From contig JAIXRY010000008.1 in NCBI GenBank assembly GCA_027484965.1, forward strand, positions 1,069 through 65,068: 64,000 nucleotides of DNA, given 5' to 3'. The notes beneath the pieces were generated by a model that ran no database searches, was not told the origin of the DNA, and saw only the letters and a list, made by a program, of their open reading frames with translations. Shown piece by piece: positions 38,103 to 48,927 of this stretch. The first letter of the stretch is position 1; every line of letters starts with the position of its first letter. The DNA is from a bacterium. GTDB lineage: Bacteria; Patescibacteriota; Minisyncoccia; Phycocordibacterales; UBA9973. A program made the position numbers and the translations under genes.

Positions 38103-38906
38103 ATGGACAACAAACCATACAAAGCAAAGAAATCTCTGGGTCAAAACTTTTTGAAATCTGAAAAGGCTCTTAATTTGATGGTTTCTGCTGGAAACATAGA
38201 GAATAAAGATACTGTCATAGAAATTGGCCCAGGAAAAGGAGTTCTTACTGAAAAACTTCTTGAAAAAGCAAGAAAGGTGATAGCAATTGAAAAAGACAGA
38301 GATCTTATAGAAATATTGGAGGAAAAATTCGAAGAAGACATAAAAAATGGAAAATTAGAAATAATTAACGACGACTGTCTTGAATTTGACCCAAGTAAAA
38401 CAAAGTCTTTTACTGGAAAATATAAGATTGTCGCGAATATTCCTTACTATATTACAGGTGCAATTATTAGAAAATTCTTAGAAAGTAAAAATCAACCCGA
38501 AATAATGGTTCTTTTGATACAAAAAGAGGTTGCCGAGAGAATTGTGACACGCGATGCCAAAGAAAGCTTACTTTCTCTATCAGTTAAAGCTTATGGTGTA
38601 CCAAAATATATAGACAAAGTATCAAAGAGATATTTTAACCCGAGCCCGAAGGTAGACTCAGCTATAATTGCAATAAATAATATAAGTAGAGATAATTTTA
38701 AAAGTAATGCACTAGAGTCAAAATTCTTTAAGCTTATTCATGCTGGATTTGGTCACAAAAGAAAGGTTTTGATAAAAAACCTCACAGATAAAGGGTATAA
38801 TAGAGAAAAGATTGTAGAACAATTTAAAGAATTAAGTATAAATGAAAAAGCTCGTTCTGAAGATATTTCTATAGAAAAATGGCTTATATTGTCAAGAAAT
38901 CTTTAA
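38103..38906 (+). CDS. rsmA: 16S rRNA dimethyladenosine transferase
   Basis: KKSLGQNFL, EIGPGKG, ANIPYYIT, PSPKVDSA. Confidence 0.96.
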   Translation: MDNKPYKAKKSLGQNFLKSEKALNLMVSAGNIENKDTVIEIGPGKGVLTEKLLEKARKVIAIEKDRDLIEILEEKFEEDIKNGKLEIINDDCLEFDPSKTKSFTGKYKIVANIPYYITGAIIRKFLESKNQPEIMVLLIQKEVAERIVTRDAKESLLSLSVKAYGVPKYIDKVSKRYFNPSPKVDSAIIAINNISRDNFKSNALESKFFKLIHAGFGHKRKVLIKNLTDKGYNREKIVEQFKELSINEKARSEDISIEKWLILSRNL

Positions 38907-38962
38907 AACACAATTAAAATAGCGCGCCCCGACGGGGCGCGCTATTTTAATTGTGTTTTAAA
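38902..38962. terminator. 29-bp perfect palindrome spanning both stop codons
   Basis: tttaaaacacaattaaaatagcgcgcccc-gac-ggggcgcgctattttaattgtgttttaaa. Confidence 0.85.
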
Positions 38963-39347
38963 ACCCAGAAGCTAGACCAGTATAATCAATAGTCCCTTCT
39001 GTAATAGGTAATTCTGTACAGTTTGGCTGAACACCAATCAAACAAACACCACCTTGTGTAGCCTTACCAAGCAGACGACTCATCATACTAATCTCTCCAT
39101 TTCCATAAATCCTTGTCATGCTATTTTCCAAATATGTTCCACTACTTCCAAAAGGTCCGCTTATAGTTAATTGAGACCCTCCATCAACATTACAAGTACA
39201 TTCTATTTTAGAAATAACTTGTCCTCCAAAATAGCTTCCTCCAAAAGAACCAAAACCCGCATAAACTTTTGATGTTATAAGCAACACAGCAATAAAAACT
39301 ACAGATAAAATACTAGCAGTTAAAATACTATTTTTATATTTCTTCAT
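38958..39347 (-). CDS. Small secreted Cys-containing protein
   Basis: Signal peptide ending VYA; FGG...CTC...C...C. Confidence 0.7.
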   Translation of the reverse strand: MKKYKNSILTASILSVVFIAVLLITSKVYAGFGSFGGSYFGGQVISKIECTCNVDGGSQLTISGPFGSSGTYLENSMTRIYGNGEISMMSRLLGKATQGGVCLIGVQPNCTELPITEGTIDYTGLASGF

Positions 39348-39409
39348 ATATACAAGTATACATCATGTATGCACATAGTGTAAATTATAAATGTGGTATT
39401 ATTTAATTA

Positions 39410-40318
39410 ATGAATATAGAAAAATACAGACAATATCTTCCTAGTAAAAAATTCCAAAAAATACTTGGAAGTATAGTAATTGTTATTGTGGTAATAATAC
39501 TAATAAGCCTTGTAGGGTCTGGTAAAATACATATTACACAAAAACAAAAAGAACAAGCTGTTATTCAAAAAATGACTTTGAGTGAACTTGTTCAAAAAGA
39601 CACAGACAATGATGGCTCACCTGATTGGGAAGAAGGTCTTTTTGGTACAGATCCAAAACAACCAATTTCTAACAAACAAGGAATTCCTGATGGTGAATAT
39701 ATAAACAATCAAAAAAAGGCACAAGGAGGAGGTGATACTTCTAACTTAACAGAAACAGATAAAGCTGCTCAAGATTTCTTTATTGCCATCGAAGCATTAA
39801 AACAATCAGACAATCTTACTCCAACAGCTTTATATAACATAACTTCAAGCATATCTCAGACAATTCTTTCTGAAAAACTTCCAGAAACATATGCTTTTAG
39901 TGATGTAAAAACCACTGAAAATAATAAACAAAATCAGAAAAAATACATGACTGATTTTAAGAAAATACACAGTGATGCAATCAAAAAAGGACTTGGAAAA
40001 GAATTGGGCGTATTTATGCAAGCACTAGGTGAAGGGAATAGAGACCAGCTAGCGAGTCTTTCGAAATATGCAGATATTTACAAAAACATGTCTGTACAAT
40101 TAAAAAACATCCAGACCCCAGAAGACTTATCAACAAATCATTATTTGCTCATAAACCATTACGAGAGAATTGGAATTTCTCTGAATAATATTTCAGAATC
40201 TTTTGAAAATCCAACAAAAGGAATGATTGGTGTCGCTGGATATAAAAAATGGACTGAAGAATCAAATACAGTATTAAAAGATATTCAAGATTTATTTAAA
40301 CAATATGGTATACTATAA
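39410..40318 (+). CDS. Membrane-anchored protein with TSP3-like Ca-binding motif
   Basis: TM then DTDNDGSPDWEE..GTDP; helical C-terminus. Confidence 0.75.
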   Translation: MNIEKYRQYLPSKKFQKILGSIVIVIVVIILISLVGSGKIHITQKQKEQAVIQKMTLSELVQKDTDNDGSPDWEEGLFGTDPKQPISNKQGIPDGEYINNQKKAQGGGDTSNLTETDKAAQDFFIAIEALKQSDNLTPTALYNITSSISQTILSEKLPETYAFSDVKTTENNKQNQKKYMTDFKKIHSDAIKKGLGKELGVFMQALGEGNRDQLASLSKYADIYKNMSVQLKNIQTPEDLSTNHYLLINHYERIGISLNNISESFENPTKGMIGVAGYKKWTEESNTVLKDIQDLFKQYGIL

Positions 40319-40325
40319 AAACATT

Positions 40326-42557
40326 ATGAGAGTATTCAAACTCCATTCAATCATAGGCTCAATTCTTATCTTTGCTTTTATAATAAGTCCTTTTGGATTA
40401 ATTGCTCAAGCTTTTAATTTAGAAAATTTAAATACAACAGATCTTACAAAAAGTGATTTGTTTGCAAACGATTTCGCTGGAGGAGGATATGCAATGCTTG
40501 ACTGTTTTGGAACCTCATCAAACATTCTTGATTCTATTCAAGGTTTTTTTGGTTCTGACGGTGGTCAAGATAAAGTAGCAGTTGATGACAAAACACAAAA
40601 TCTAAAAGAACAATGTCTTGATGCTGCAGCCCAAGTTAATGCCCAAAAAACAGTCGCTTCAATGTCTAAAAGTATTTTCAATTGGACTCAAACAGGTAAT
40701 GGAGGAAACCCTCTTTATGTAAAAGATTTTGGAAAATATCTAAGCAGTATTGAAACACAAGAAGTGGGTGTTCTAAAGAATAAATTCACTACTGAAATAT
40801 TAAATAACCCTGAGAAACTTCCTTTTGCAAAAGATGTAGTGAAGACAATGCAACAAGCAGACAAATCAAAAGATGATATTGTTGGAAACTTAACATATAC
40901 AGGACCAGACAAAAAGGCATTTTCAAACAGTTTTAAAGGTGGAGGTGGGTGGAGTTCTTGGCTTAAAGCAACACAAAATCCAGCAAACAACCCTATTGGA
41001 TTCAATCTAAAAGTTGGAGATGAACTCAAAAAGAAACAAGAAGAAGCTAAAGATAATATAAAAGAAGAGCTTAAACAAACAAGCTTCTTGCCTGTTCGTG
41101 AATGTGTAGATTCAAACTATAAATCAGACGGAACACCATTAACGGATGAGGATAGAAAAGCTGGAAAAACAGACATCTGTTCAAAATGGGATATAAAAAC
41201 ACCAGGCAGCCTCGTAAAAGACCAAGCGTCAGAAGCATCAAATTCTGCTTTAAATCTTGCACTAAATGCAGATCAGAAAGGTAAGCAGCTTAATGTTATG
41301 TTTGCATCTCTTCTTACTCAGCTCTTCAATCAAGGTTTTGCAACTCTCGGAAATAGGGCAAATCAAGTAATGAGCAATGTTCAGATATCTAGCAAAGTAC
41401 CTACATATGGAGATAATAGTGGATATAGCACAGAAGATGATGGGACAGGTGATTGGTTTGATTCTGTATGGGTTGGAGGAATAAGACCTCAAGATATTTC
41501 TATAATAATAAAAAATCAAAAAGATATTGCTAACAAGCTTCCAGAAAGAGTTTTAATTCTTCAATCAATAATAAACAAAACAAAAGAACTTGATTATTGT
41601 GTTCCAGGCCCAAATCCAATGTGGACTAAAGACCTTGGTGATTTTATAGGTATAAAAATGGAAGAAAATGGTAAAAAGGTAGAACCAGGTTTTGGAGAAA
41701 AATTCCTAAATATGGTCGCAAGTAACGGGAGTATAACAGGCGGGTTTGGTAGTACTGGGCTTATAGGGCTAATAGTAGGACTTCTTATGGAGGTTCGTGC
41801 ATTTAATTATTATTCCAGAGAAGAATTAAATGCTATATATCTAAAAAATACAATAACAGACACTAATAAATATTATGAATTTATTCAAAAGACTTACAAT
41901 AACCCTGCTTCATACCAAAAAATAAATTCAACGACTTACAACAACGATGAAGCAGTGCTAGATAATTTAGAGAAACTGTTTGAAATAAAAACAGACAGCG
42001 ACAGACAATATCTAAATATAAACTCATATCAAACACAAATAGAAAAGAATACAAGATATCTTTCTCTTACAAAAAAACAAATGGCGAGAATGCAGGATAT
42101 TTGTGTTCAAACACACAAGCTTTATGTACAAGCATACAACAGACAAATGCGCGAAAGAAATTCTTGGGAATCTTGGAATAAAAAAGGTCCAACAAAAGAA
42201 ATAATTGGTTACAGAAAAAAGAAATTAGTGAATGGTAAATATGAAGTAGATCCAAACAGTAAGCTATACTCTCCAGAAGAAGCGAGACTTAGTGTGACCG
42301 TGTTTAAAGCAGAACTTCCAAAAAAAGAAACTGAGCTGCTATTTGCATCAAATATTACTGAGCAATTCGACCAAAATGCATTTAATACTCTATATATTCC
42401 AGTAGAAGAGACAATCCCTGAACCAAAAAAAGTTCCTCCTCTGCCTCCATTTTCAGAATATGCACTTAACTGTTCTGGAAATATAGGTAACTTTAGTGAC
42501 CCTTCAACTATAACTGTACAGACATCTAACAATAACAATATTAAAAATACTGAATAA
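40326..42557 (+). CDS. Large secreted/membrane hypothetical protein (T4SS-cluster associated)
   Basis: Signal peptide from MRVFKL; paired Cys; GGWSSW, NNPIG, KTPGS motifs. Confidence 0.7.
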   Translation: MRVFKLHSIIGSILIFAFIISPFGLIAQAFNLENLNTTDLTKSDLFANDFAGGGYAMLDCFGTSSNILDSIQGFFGSDGGQDKVAVDDKTQNLKEQCLDAAAQVNAQKTVASMSKSIFNWTQTGNGGNPLYVKDFGKYLSSIETQEVGVLKNKFTTEILNNPEKLPFAKDVVKTMQQADKSKDDIVGNLTYTGPDKKAFSNSFKGGGGWSSWLKATQNPANNPIGFNLKVGDELKKKQEEAKDNIKEELKQTSFLPVRECVDSNYKSDGTPLTDEDRKAGKTDICSKWDIKTPGSLVKDQASEASNSALNLALNADQKGKQLNVMFASLLTQLFNQGFATLGNRANQVMSNVQISSKVPTYGDNSGYSTEDDGTGDWFDSVWVGGIRPQDISIIIKNQKDIANKLPERVLILQSIINKTKELDYCVPGPNPMWTKDLGDFIGIKMEENGKKVEPGFGEKFLNMVASNGSITGGFGSTGLIGLIVGLLMEVRAFNYYSREELNAIYLKNTITDTNKYYEFIQKTYNNPASYQKINSTTYNNDEAVLDNLEKLFEIKTDSDRQYLNINSYQTQIEKNTRYLSLTKKQMARMQDICVQTHKLYVQAYNRQMRERNSWESWNKKGPTKEIIGYRKKKLVNGKYEVDPNSKLYSPEEARLSVTVFKAELPKKETELLFASNITEQFDQNAFNTLYIPVEETIPEPKKVPPLPPFSEYALNCSGNIGNFSDPSTITVQTSNNNNIKNTE

Positions 42558-42561
42558 ATAT

Positions 42562-44664
42562 ATGTATAACGATCGTCGTAAAAAAATAATAAGAATTTCA
42601 TTAATTGTTCTAGGTATAATTATAATTGTTCTTATTTATTTATTTATAAAAAGCAAACAACAAACAGAAACAACGGGAAATAAAGGAAACTTTTTTCTAG
42701 ATCTTGGAAGTCTTATTACAGGTAAAAGACAAAACCCTAACGGTGTCTCTCTAACTCCAAATGGGAATGGCCTAGGTGGTAGCAATGGAAGTGGTAATGG
42801 GAACGGTAGCAATAATGGAAGTGGTAATGGGAACGGTAGCGGATCACCACTTGTTTTGGGGGGTCTACCAGAACCGACACCTATAGCTCAAAATATTGGT
42901 GGAGGTTTCGGAACAAACAACAGAGACTTATTCCCTGATAATCAAAATCCTAATAACTGTATTGGATGTAGTGGTTCTTTTGGTATAGGAAACGGCGACT
43001 TAGGAAGTGGAGGAGGTTCAGGAAACAGTGGTTTAGGTGGTGATGGATTGGGCGATGATGGTTTAGGTGGTGATGGATTGGGCGATGATGGTTTAGGTGG
43101 TGATGGATTGGGCGATGTGTCTAGTTATGTATATATAAATGCTGTCCCAAGTGCTATACACAAAGACGATGAAGTTACTGTTACTTGGGAATCTTCTAAT
43201 GTGAATACTTGTTTTGCAAGTTCATTCCCTGTAGTACCAGGATGGAATGGCTCAACAGGTAAATCAGGGACTAAATATTTTTCTCTAAATAAACCTACGA
43301 CTTTTATCATTAAATGTTCAACAACAAGTGGTACAGTTCAGGCTTCTGACTCTGTTTCAGTACTCGCAGATGATGTACCTTTGTGTAAAGAGGACAATAC
43401 TTGTTTTCTAGGAGATAGTGAAACAGGCAAGTATGTATCTGCCGTTATGGAAGCAAGTCCATACATTGTCGAGTCTGGTGATACGAGTTTGCTTGCATGG
43501 GACACAGAGAACGCTACCATGTGTAATGCAAACAGTGTTCCTCTGCGAGATGACTGGAGAGGATTAATACCTCAGAGTTCAGGAGAAACAGATATTACAC
43601 TTCCAAGTACACCTGTTACATATATACTTACATGTACAGACGGGAAGACTACAGGTCAAACAGATGTAACAATTTCAATAGACACATCAAAAATAGATGA
43701 CGGACGAGACTTTGGTGACGATCCTATAGATCTGTGTAGCAGGTCAGAACAAGAAAGAAATCCTCTTTGTTTAGTAAGAGATATTTCTATAGATGAAGAA
43801 GAGAAGATCCTCATTCTAACAAACGAAGAACAAGCCATTCTTGACTCTCTCATGAAAGAAGTTGCTATTATGTCTCCAACACTTCCTTCAAACCAAACGT
43901 CTTCTAGTCTTGATATTTCAACACAGACGTACAGAGCAATATTGAGCGACATAGAAAAAAATGTTAGTACTTGTTATGACCTCACACAAAATACATCAAA
44001 AAATCAAGATTTTATCGATGCTCTTTGGGAAAGGCAGATAGTAGGGAGAAGACCTTTACCATTTCTAGGGAACAGAAATCCAATATTTGAAATACCAATA
44101 AATCCTGGAGCAACAACATACATATATAAAAGCAAGGATGGTAGCACCACAGAAATAAAAATACCTAAAAACTTACAAATAGCAAGTGGAGGTAGTAAAG
44201 GTAGTTTTAAAATACCCATAATACCAGAAACAAGTACATATACATATACAGACCCAGTAAGAGGAGATAAGACAATAATACAAATACCAAAAGAACTACA
44301 AAATCCTATTCTTCAAAACATATCAATATATTTACAAAATCTATATCCAGTTAAGCCACCTTCTGCAAAATTACTCAAAAAATATTATGATTTTGCACGT
44401 TCACCTGGAAATACTTGGAGAGCTACAGAACTAGGAGAAGGAGAGAGAGATTGTCCAGGGCGCCGCATTACAACAACATACAAAAACGACATCCAAGGCA
44501 CTTTCATTTTCCCTTGGCTTGGAGATGGTTGTTGGTATATGAACTCATATAAGACAAATGAAGATGATGCACAAAAAGGTATATATGATCTTGTTCCAGG
44601 ATACGGACGTATGCAAGAGCAAGTAGAGTATGGATCAGACACAAAAGGAATAAAAATATTCTAA
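42562..44664 (+). CDS. Membrane-anchored surface protein with Gly-rich repeats and Ig-like domains
   Basis: TM; GNGSG and GDDGLG repeats; two W..N..C..W.G..C domains. Confidence 0.75.
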   Translation: MYNDRRKKIIRISLIVLGIIIIVLIYLFIKSKQQTETTGNKGNFFLDLGSLITGKRQNPNGVSLTPNGNGLGGSNGSGNGNGSNNGSGNGNGSGSPLVLGGLPEPTPIAQNIGGGFGTNNRDLFPDNQNPNNCIGCSGSFGIGNGDLGSGGGSGNSGLGGDGLGDDGLGGDGLGDDGLGGDGLGDVSSYVYINAVPSAIHKDDEVTVTWESSNVNTCFASSFPVVPGWNGSTGKSGTKYFSLNKPTTFIIKCSTTSGTVQASDSVSVLADDVPLCKEDNTCFLGDSETGKYVSAVMEASPYIVESGDTSLLAWDTENATMCNANSVPLRDDWRGLIPQSSGETDITLPSTPVTYILTCTDGKTTGQTDVTISIDTSKIDDGRDFGDDPIDLCSRSEQERNPLCLVRDISIDEEEKILILTNEEQAILDSLMKEVAIMSPTLPSNQTSSSLDISTQTYRAILSDIEKNVSTCYDLTQNTSKNQDFIDALWERQIVGRRPLPFLGNRNPIFEIPINPGATTYIYKSKDGSTTEIKIPKNLQIASGGSKGSFKIPIIPETSTYTYTDPVRGDKTIIQIPKELQNPILQNISIYLQNLYPVKPPSAKLLKKYYDFARSPGNTWRATELGEGERDCPGRRITTTYKNDIQGTFIFPWLGDGCWYMNSYKTNEDDAQKGIYDLVPGYGRMQEQVEYGSDTKGIKIF
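42784..42840 (+). repeat. Coding tandem repeat, period 30
   Basis: aatggaagtggtaatgggaacggtagc twice. Confidence 0.85.
43029..43117 (+). repeat. Coding tandem repeat, 30 bp x ~3
   Basis: tggtttaggtggtgatggattgggcgatga perfect copies (GLGGDGLGDD). Confidence 0.9.
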
Positions 44665-44704
44665 AACTAAAAGAAGTCCCGAAGGACTTCTTTTAGTTTT
44701 AGAA
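44659..44704. terminator. 21-bp palindrome including the stop codon
   Basis: ttctaaaactaaaagaagtcc-cgaa-ggacttcttttagttttagaa. Confidence 0.8.
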
Positions 44705-44782
44705 ACTATTATTTATACACAGATATATTATCTTACTATATATATTTATTTTTAAAAGAGGGTGGTATACTTATAGTATTAC

Positions 44783-47716
44783 ATGAAGCGAATTTTCTCT
44801 ACGCTCATTATAGGAGTTATTCTTATAGCAAATCTATTTGCGCCTTTTGAATATTCTCTAAAAGAAAAGTCTTTCAAAAAATCTCAGGCTCAAGCAGCTT
44901 TTGATGGGAGTGTGAGTGGTTACAAAAATGCATTTAAAAATAGTATATTAGAAGTTAACAACACCACACTAACAGCAAATGGCACCGTTGCATTGGTAGA
45001 CTTTAAAATAAAACTAGATACAGGGCTTCCTACAGGTAGCACACGACAACAAGTAAATGAAATTTTTGCTCACGTTTCTTCAAAAGGTTCTTACTGGATA
45101 ATTGGTGATACTGGAACAAACATTTTTAATGACAATTCATTTGTTTTGGTTATAAAAGACAAGGCGACGGGGATTGGCGGTTATAAAGATATAACATATA
45201 ATTTGTTGCTGGTTAATGAAAACAATGTAACAACAAATTATATTGACAAAAAGGATAACATGCCAATATCATTAATTAATGATGTCTCTATTCCAAGCAC
45301 ATTAACTGGAGATTTATCATATTTAAAACCATCAACAACTTACATAGCCACTCTTTATTATAGAGCAGATAGTCATATAGGTTCTGGCGATGGTGCAGGG
45401 AACGGCGAATCTATTTTAGATATATTAAAAAACAAAGATTTTTATCCAGTAGGAAATCCTATTGAATTTACAACTACAGACCGAATTGGTGGTGGAGGAG
45501 ATCTTGGTTCAGGACAAGGATACACAGATCAAGCAGTAAACGATGATTTACCTGCTTGTAGTTTAGGATTTTTACCTGGAGTTGAAGGTGATATTCTTGG
45601 TTGTGGTGTACAAATACTATTTTACCTAGTATATACTCCTGTCTCTTGGGGAATGGCTGCGGCGGGAATGTTCATGGACTTCTCTCTAGATTATTCTCTA
45701 GACTCTGCTTCTTATAGTGGGGAGAGTACTGGATTTGTTAGTAAAGCTTGGGGATTCATACGCGATCTTTGCAATATTTTCTTCATTGTATCAATGCTTT
45801 ATATTGCACTTGGTGTAATATTCGAATTCAAAGGAGCTGGAGACTGGAAGAAATCTGTCGCAAATCTTGTTATTGCAGCACTTGCCATAAACTTCTCACT
45901 TTTCATAACAAAAATACCTATAGACCTTGGAAATATTGCAGCTAGAGTATTTTACAATTCTGATTTAATTAAAATTACGAAAGTAGGAGATGACGGAGAA
46001 ACAACAGGCTCACTTTCTGAAGCTGTTGTTGAAGGATTTCAACCTCAAAGGATATATTATGATGGTTTAAAAAATGTAAACAATGTTAAAGGAGAAAATG
46101 CGTCTGAGGGGACAGGCGTAGGGACTTATACTATTATTATTATTTTTGCAACAATAATAAACTGGATAGCGCTTTGGATATTTTTCAAGATAGGCCTATT
46201 ATTCCTCGGACGTGTTGTTTCGCTTTGGTATCATATGATTCTTTCACCTCTTGCATTTGTCTCTGATTATCTCCCAGACGCTATTAAAAGTAGTGTAGGT
46301 GGTTTTAATTTTAGTAGTTGGATGAAAGAAATAGTGAGACTTTCTGTAATGCCTGTAATATTCATGGCTCTCATGTATCTATTACTATTATTCATAAGCG
46401 TCGGAACATCAACAATCAGTAAAGGGGGTAATGCATTCGCTTGGATTATCGGGACAGTAGCACCTTTCGTATTTGTTATTATAATGCTCAAAAAAGCACA
46501 AACAACAACAGAAGGATTTGCTGATGATATAGCTAGAAAAACAACTGATTATGCAGGGAAAGCTATAGGTACAGTGGCAGGACTTGCGGCAGGAGGGGTA
46601 GGATTTGCTGGAAGAAGAGTACTTGGAAGCAAATTAGCTAATCTTGCGAATAGTTCATCTCTAAAAGATACAGCTGCTAAGGGTGGTATTGGAGGTGCGA
46701 TGGCTCGTATGACACTCAAAGGTGCTGACTACGGCTCTAAAGCGTCTTTTGATCTTAGAGGTACAGACGCATTCAAAAAAGCAGGGTTTGATGATTCATA
46801 TTCAAAAGGTGCTACAGCCAAGATGTTTGGAATGGACTTGAAAGATGGTGGATATGTAGGTGCAGAGAAGCGCCGCAAAGAAATGCATGAAAAACGTATG
46901 AAGCAATTCGCTGCAAATGACGATGAATACAAAGCACTGAAAGCAAGAGAAGAAAAGCGTTTTGGTGAAAAATTCGATAAAGAAAAATTTGAAAATAAAT
47001 ATGGCAAGAACGCCAACGAACTAAACATAAACAGACAAACAGCTTATGCTGAAAGTCTTAAAAACAAAGGAAAATCAATAGGAGAAGCCGTAGGAAAAGT
47101 AATGGGAGAATCAATAGGAGAAGCCGTAGGAAAAGCTGTAGGAAAAGCAAGCAATGCAGCTGGAGCTATTGCGGGAAACAATACTATAGATGAGAAATTT
47201 GCTGATAAAGTATTAAAAGATGGTAAAGAGAAAAAGAAAAAATTTGAAAAAATAAAAGACGAACAGAAAAGTATTGAGAATCAAATTGCCATTGTTGAAG
47301 ATGAAATCAGCGAAATAAACACATTCTTCGAAAAAATGACAAGCGATGAAGATTTTAAAGCTATAAGAAAAGATATTAAAGATAAGCCAGAAAATAAAGG
47401 GCTTTCAGATGCAAGTATTGATAAAAAAGCTTCTCAAGAATATGAGGCGAAAATTAAAAAAGAACTTAGAGAATTGGAAGCAAAAAGGGAGGCTTGGCGT
47501 ACAGGTGACAGTGATGGAGATTTTGAAGAAGAAGCTAAACTTGAGTTATTACGAAAAGAAAGTAGTAAGTTTGAGTCATATTCAAAAAAGAACCTAGAAA
47601 CTTTGGAAGCAAAAAGGGATAAATTAGAAAAAAGATCAACAACTCTTTCAGGAAATTCCGATAAAATTAGTGGAAAAGACAAGAAAGATGAAGAAAAGAA
47701 AGACGATAAAAAATAA
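44783..47716 (+). CDS. VirB6/TrbL-like polytopic T4SS membrane protein
   Basis: WGFIRDLCNIFFI, AALAINFSLFI...ID, GRVVSLW..ILSPLAF, multiple TMs, Gly/Ala-rich and coiled-coil tail. Confidence 0.75.
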   Translation: MKRIFSTLIIGVILIANLFAPFEYSLKEKSFKKSQAQAAFDGSVSGYKNAFKNSILEVNNTTLTANGTVALVDFKIKLDTGLPTGSTRQQVNEIFAHVSSKGSYWIIGDTGTNIFNDNSFVLVIKDKATGIGGYKDITYNLLLVNENNVTTNYIDKKDNMPISLINDVSIPSTLTGDLSYLKPSTTYIATLYYRADSHIGSGDGAGNGESILDILKNKDFYPVGNPIEFTTTDRIGGGGDLGSGQGYTDQAVNDDLPACSLGFLPGVEGDILGCGVQILFYLVYTPVSWGMAAAGMFMDFSLDYSLDSASYSGESTGFVSKAWGFIRDLCNIFFIVSMLYIALGVIFEFKGAGDWKKSVANLVIAALAINFSLFITKIPIDLGNIAARVFYNSDLIKITKVGDDGETTGSLSEAVVEGFQPQRIYYDGLKNVNNVKGENASEGTGVGTYTIIIIFATIINWIALWIFFKIGLLFLGRVVSLWYHMILSPLAFVSDYLPDAIKSSVGGFNFSSWMKEIVRLSVMPVIFMALMYLLLLFISVGTSTISKGGNAFAWIIGTVAPFVFVIIMLKKAQTTTEGFADDIARKTTDYAGKAIGTVAGLAAGGVGFAGRRVLGSKLANLANSSSLKDTAAKGGIGGAMARMTLKGADYGSKASFDLRGTDAFKKAGFDDSYSKGATAKMFGMDLKDGGYVGAEKRRKEMHEKRMKQFAANDDEYKALKAREEKRFGEKFDKEKFENKYGKNANELNINRQTAYAESLKNKGKSIGEAVGKVMGESIGEAVGKAVGKASNAAGAIAGNNTIDEKFADKVLKDGKEKKKKFEKIKDEQKSIENQIAIVEDEISEINTFFEKMTSDEDFKAIRKDIKDKPENKGLSDASIDKKASQEYEAKIKKELRELEAKREAWRTGDSDGDFEEEAKLELLRKESSKFESYSKKNLETLEAKRDKLEKRSTTLSGNSDKISGKDKKDEEKKDDKK
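47073..47135 (+). repeat. Coding direct repeat, period 36
   Basis: aatcaataggagaagccgtaggaaaag twice (SIGEAVGK). Confidence 0.85.
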
Positions 47717-47718
47717 TT

Positions 47719-48402
47719 ATGGATAATATTCAAGAAAAAGAAATCCCATACGAACTTTTTAAAGCAGTTGAAAAAATTGACTATAATTTAGTATTAAAAA
47801 ACATTGCAGATAACCACGATTTACACATCAATCAGAGTGCTTTACTTGATCGATCTTTAAAAGAGTATATATTCGGAGATATTGATGCAGATACTTTTGA
47901 AGCCAGTCTTGCAAGTATTACAAATAACAACAAAGAAGATTTTAAAAAACTTTTAGATGATGTAAACTCTAAGATAATCGAACCTGTAAGGGATATGTTT
48001 TTGGAATTAACAGTTAGAAAAGAAATTTTATTTTCAGATGATGATTTTGAAGACACAAACAGTACCGCTTCTATCGAAGAAATTGATCATCAAGCCTTAT
48101 ACGACGCAGGAATAGAAATAGAAGGATTTGTACCAAAGGCTCCTGAGAGGAAATATGGTGAGGAAATATTTCCAAATGAAGATCTTAGTGTTCATGAAAA
48201 AATGCTTAGTGAAGAATTGACAAAGATAAAACCTAAGGAGGTTTTGGAAATACCAAAGAAGCCAGAAATAATTCCTCAAAACTTTATGGAACAAAAATTG
48301 GGTGGGGTAGTAAGAAACACTTCAAGCAATAGCGACCAATCACTTCCATCAATAGCAAAAAAAGAAGTAGAAAAATTCGATCCTTACAGAGAAAAAGTGT
48401 AA
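47719..48402 (+). CDS. Hypothetical acidic protein with C-terminal DPYRE motif
   Basis: 227-aa ORF abutting the VirB6-like gene. Confidence 0.75.
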   Translation: MDNIQEKEIPYELFKAVEKIDYNLVLKNIADNHDLHINQSALLDRSLKEYIFGDIDADTFEASLASITNNNKEDFKKLLDDVNSKIIEPVRDMFLELTVRKEILFSDDDFEDTNSTASIEEIDHQALYDAGIEIEGFVPKAPERKYGEEIFPNEDLSVHEKMLSEELTKIKPKEVLEIPKKPEIIPQNFMEQKLGGVVRNTSSNSDQSLPSIAKKEVEKFDPYREKV

Positions 48403-48436
48403 ATAGTAAAAAGAGATTAGTTACTAAAAACATAGA

Positions 48437-48477
48437 AAATACAAGAGCGGGACCCGAAGGGTCCCGCTCTTGTATTT
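48437..48477. terminator. Palindrome/bidirectional terminator (GAA triloop)
   Basis: aaatacaagagcgggaccc-gaa-gggtcccgctcttgtattt. Confidence 0.85.
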
Positions 48478-48510
48478 ATTTTTTAGTTGCTTGGTAGTAG
48501 TTACTGTGCA

Positions 48511-48927
48511 TTATTTTCCTTGGTTGTTCATATCAAGCACATCAAGACTCCATGCCAAATCTTTTAATTTACTACCTGACAGCTTTGGTTGAGAAGAAAC
48601 AATATTTGTATTTTTGACTTCAACAGTCTTAACCTCTTTTACTTCTTTCTTGGTTTTTTGCCAGATATAAAGCTTACTTTGAAATAAATAACTTATATAA
48701 GCTCTGAGTATATATTCAAAAGGTTTTTCATTTACTTTATAAAATACAAGAAGGAGTGAGAGTATAACTATAAAAATAGCAAAAGGAACCCCAATAATAA
48801 TAGGGAGCAGTCTTAGAGAGACGTAAGTCATCCCAGCGCCACCCACAAGATAGACAAATTCTTTAAACGTAAAAGGACCAAATATTTTGTCTTCTATATC
48901 AATAAATTGAGGTACTTTGAATTGCAT
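48511..48927 (-). CDS. PrgI-family protein (VirB3-like)
   Basis: MQFKVPQFIDIEDKIFGPFTFKEF, two TMs, KPFE. Confidence 0.88.
   Translation of the reverse strand: MQFKVPQFIDIEDKIFGPFTFKEFVYLVGGAGMTYVSLRLLPIIIGVPFAIFIVILSLLLVFYKVNEKPFEYILRAYISYLFQSKLYIWQKTKKEVKEVKTVEVKNTNIVSSQPKLSGSKLKDLAWSLDVLDMNNQGK

Noticed and set aside
43029-43117. 30-bp repeats as a CRISPR array
   Set aside because: No spacers, in-frame within a CDS, no cas genes.
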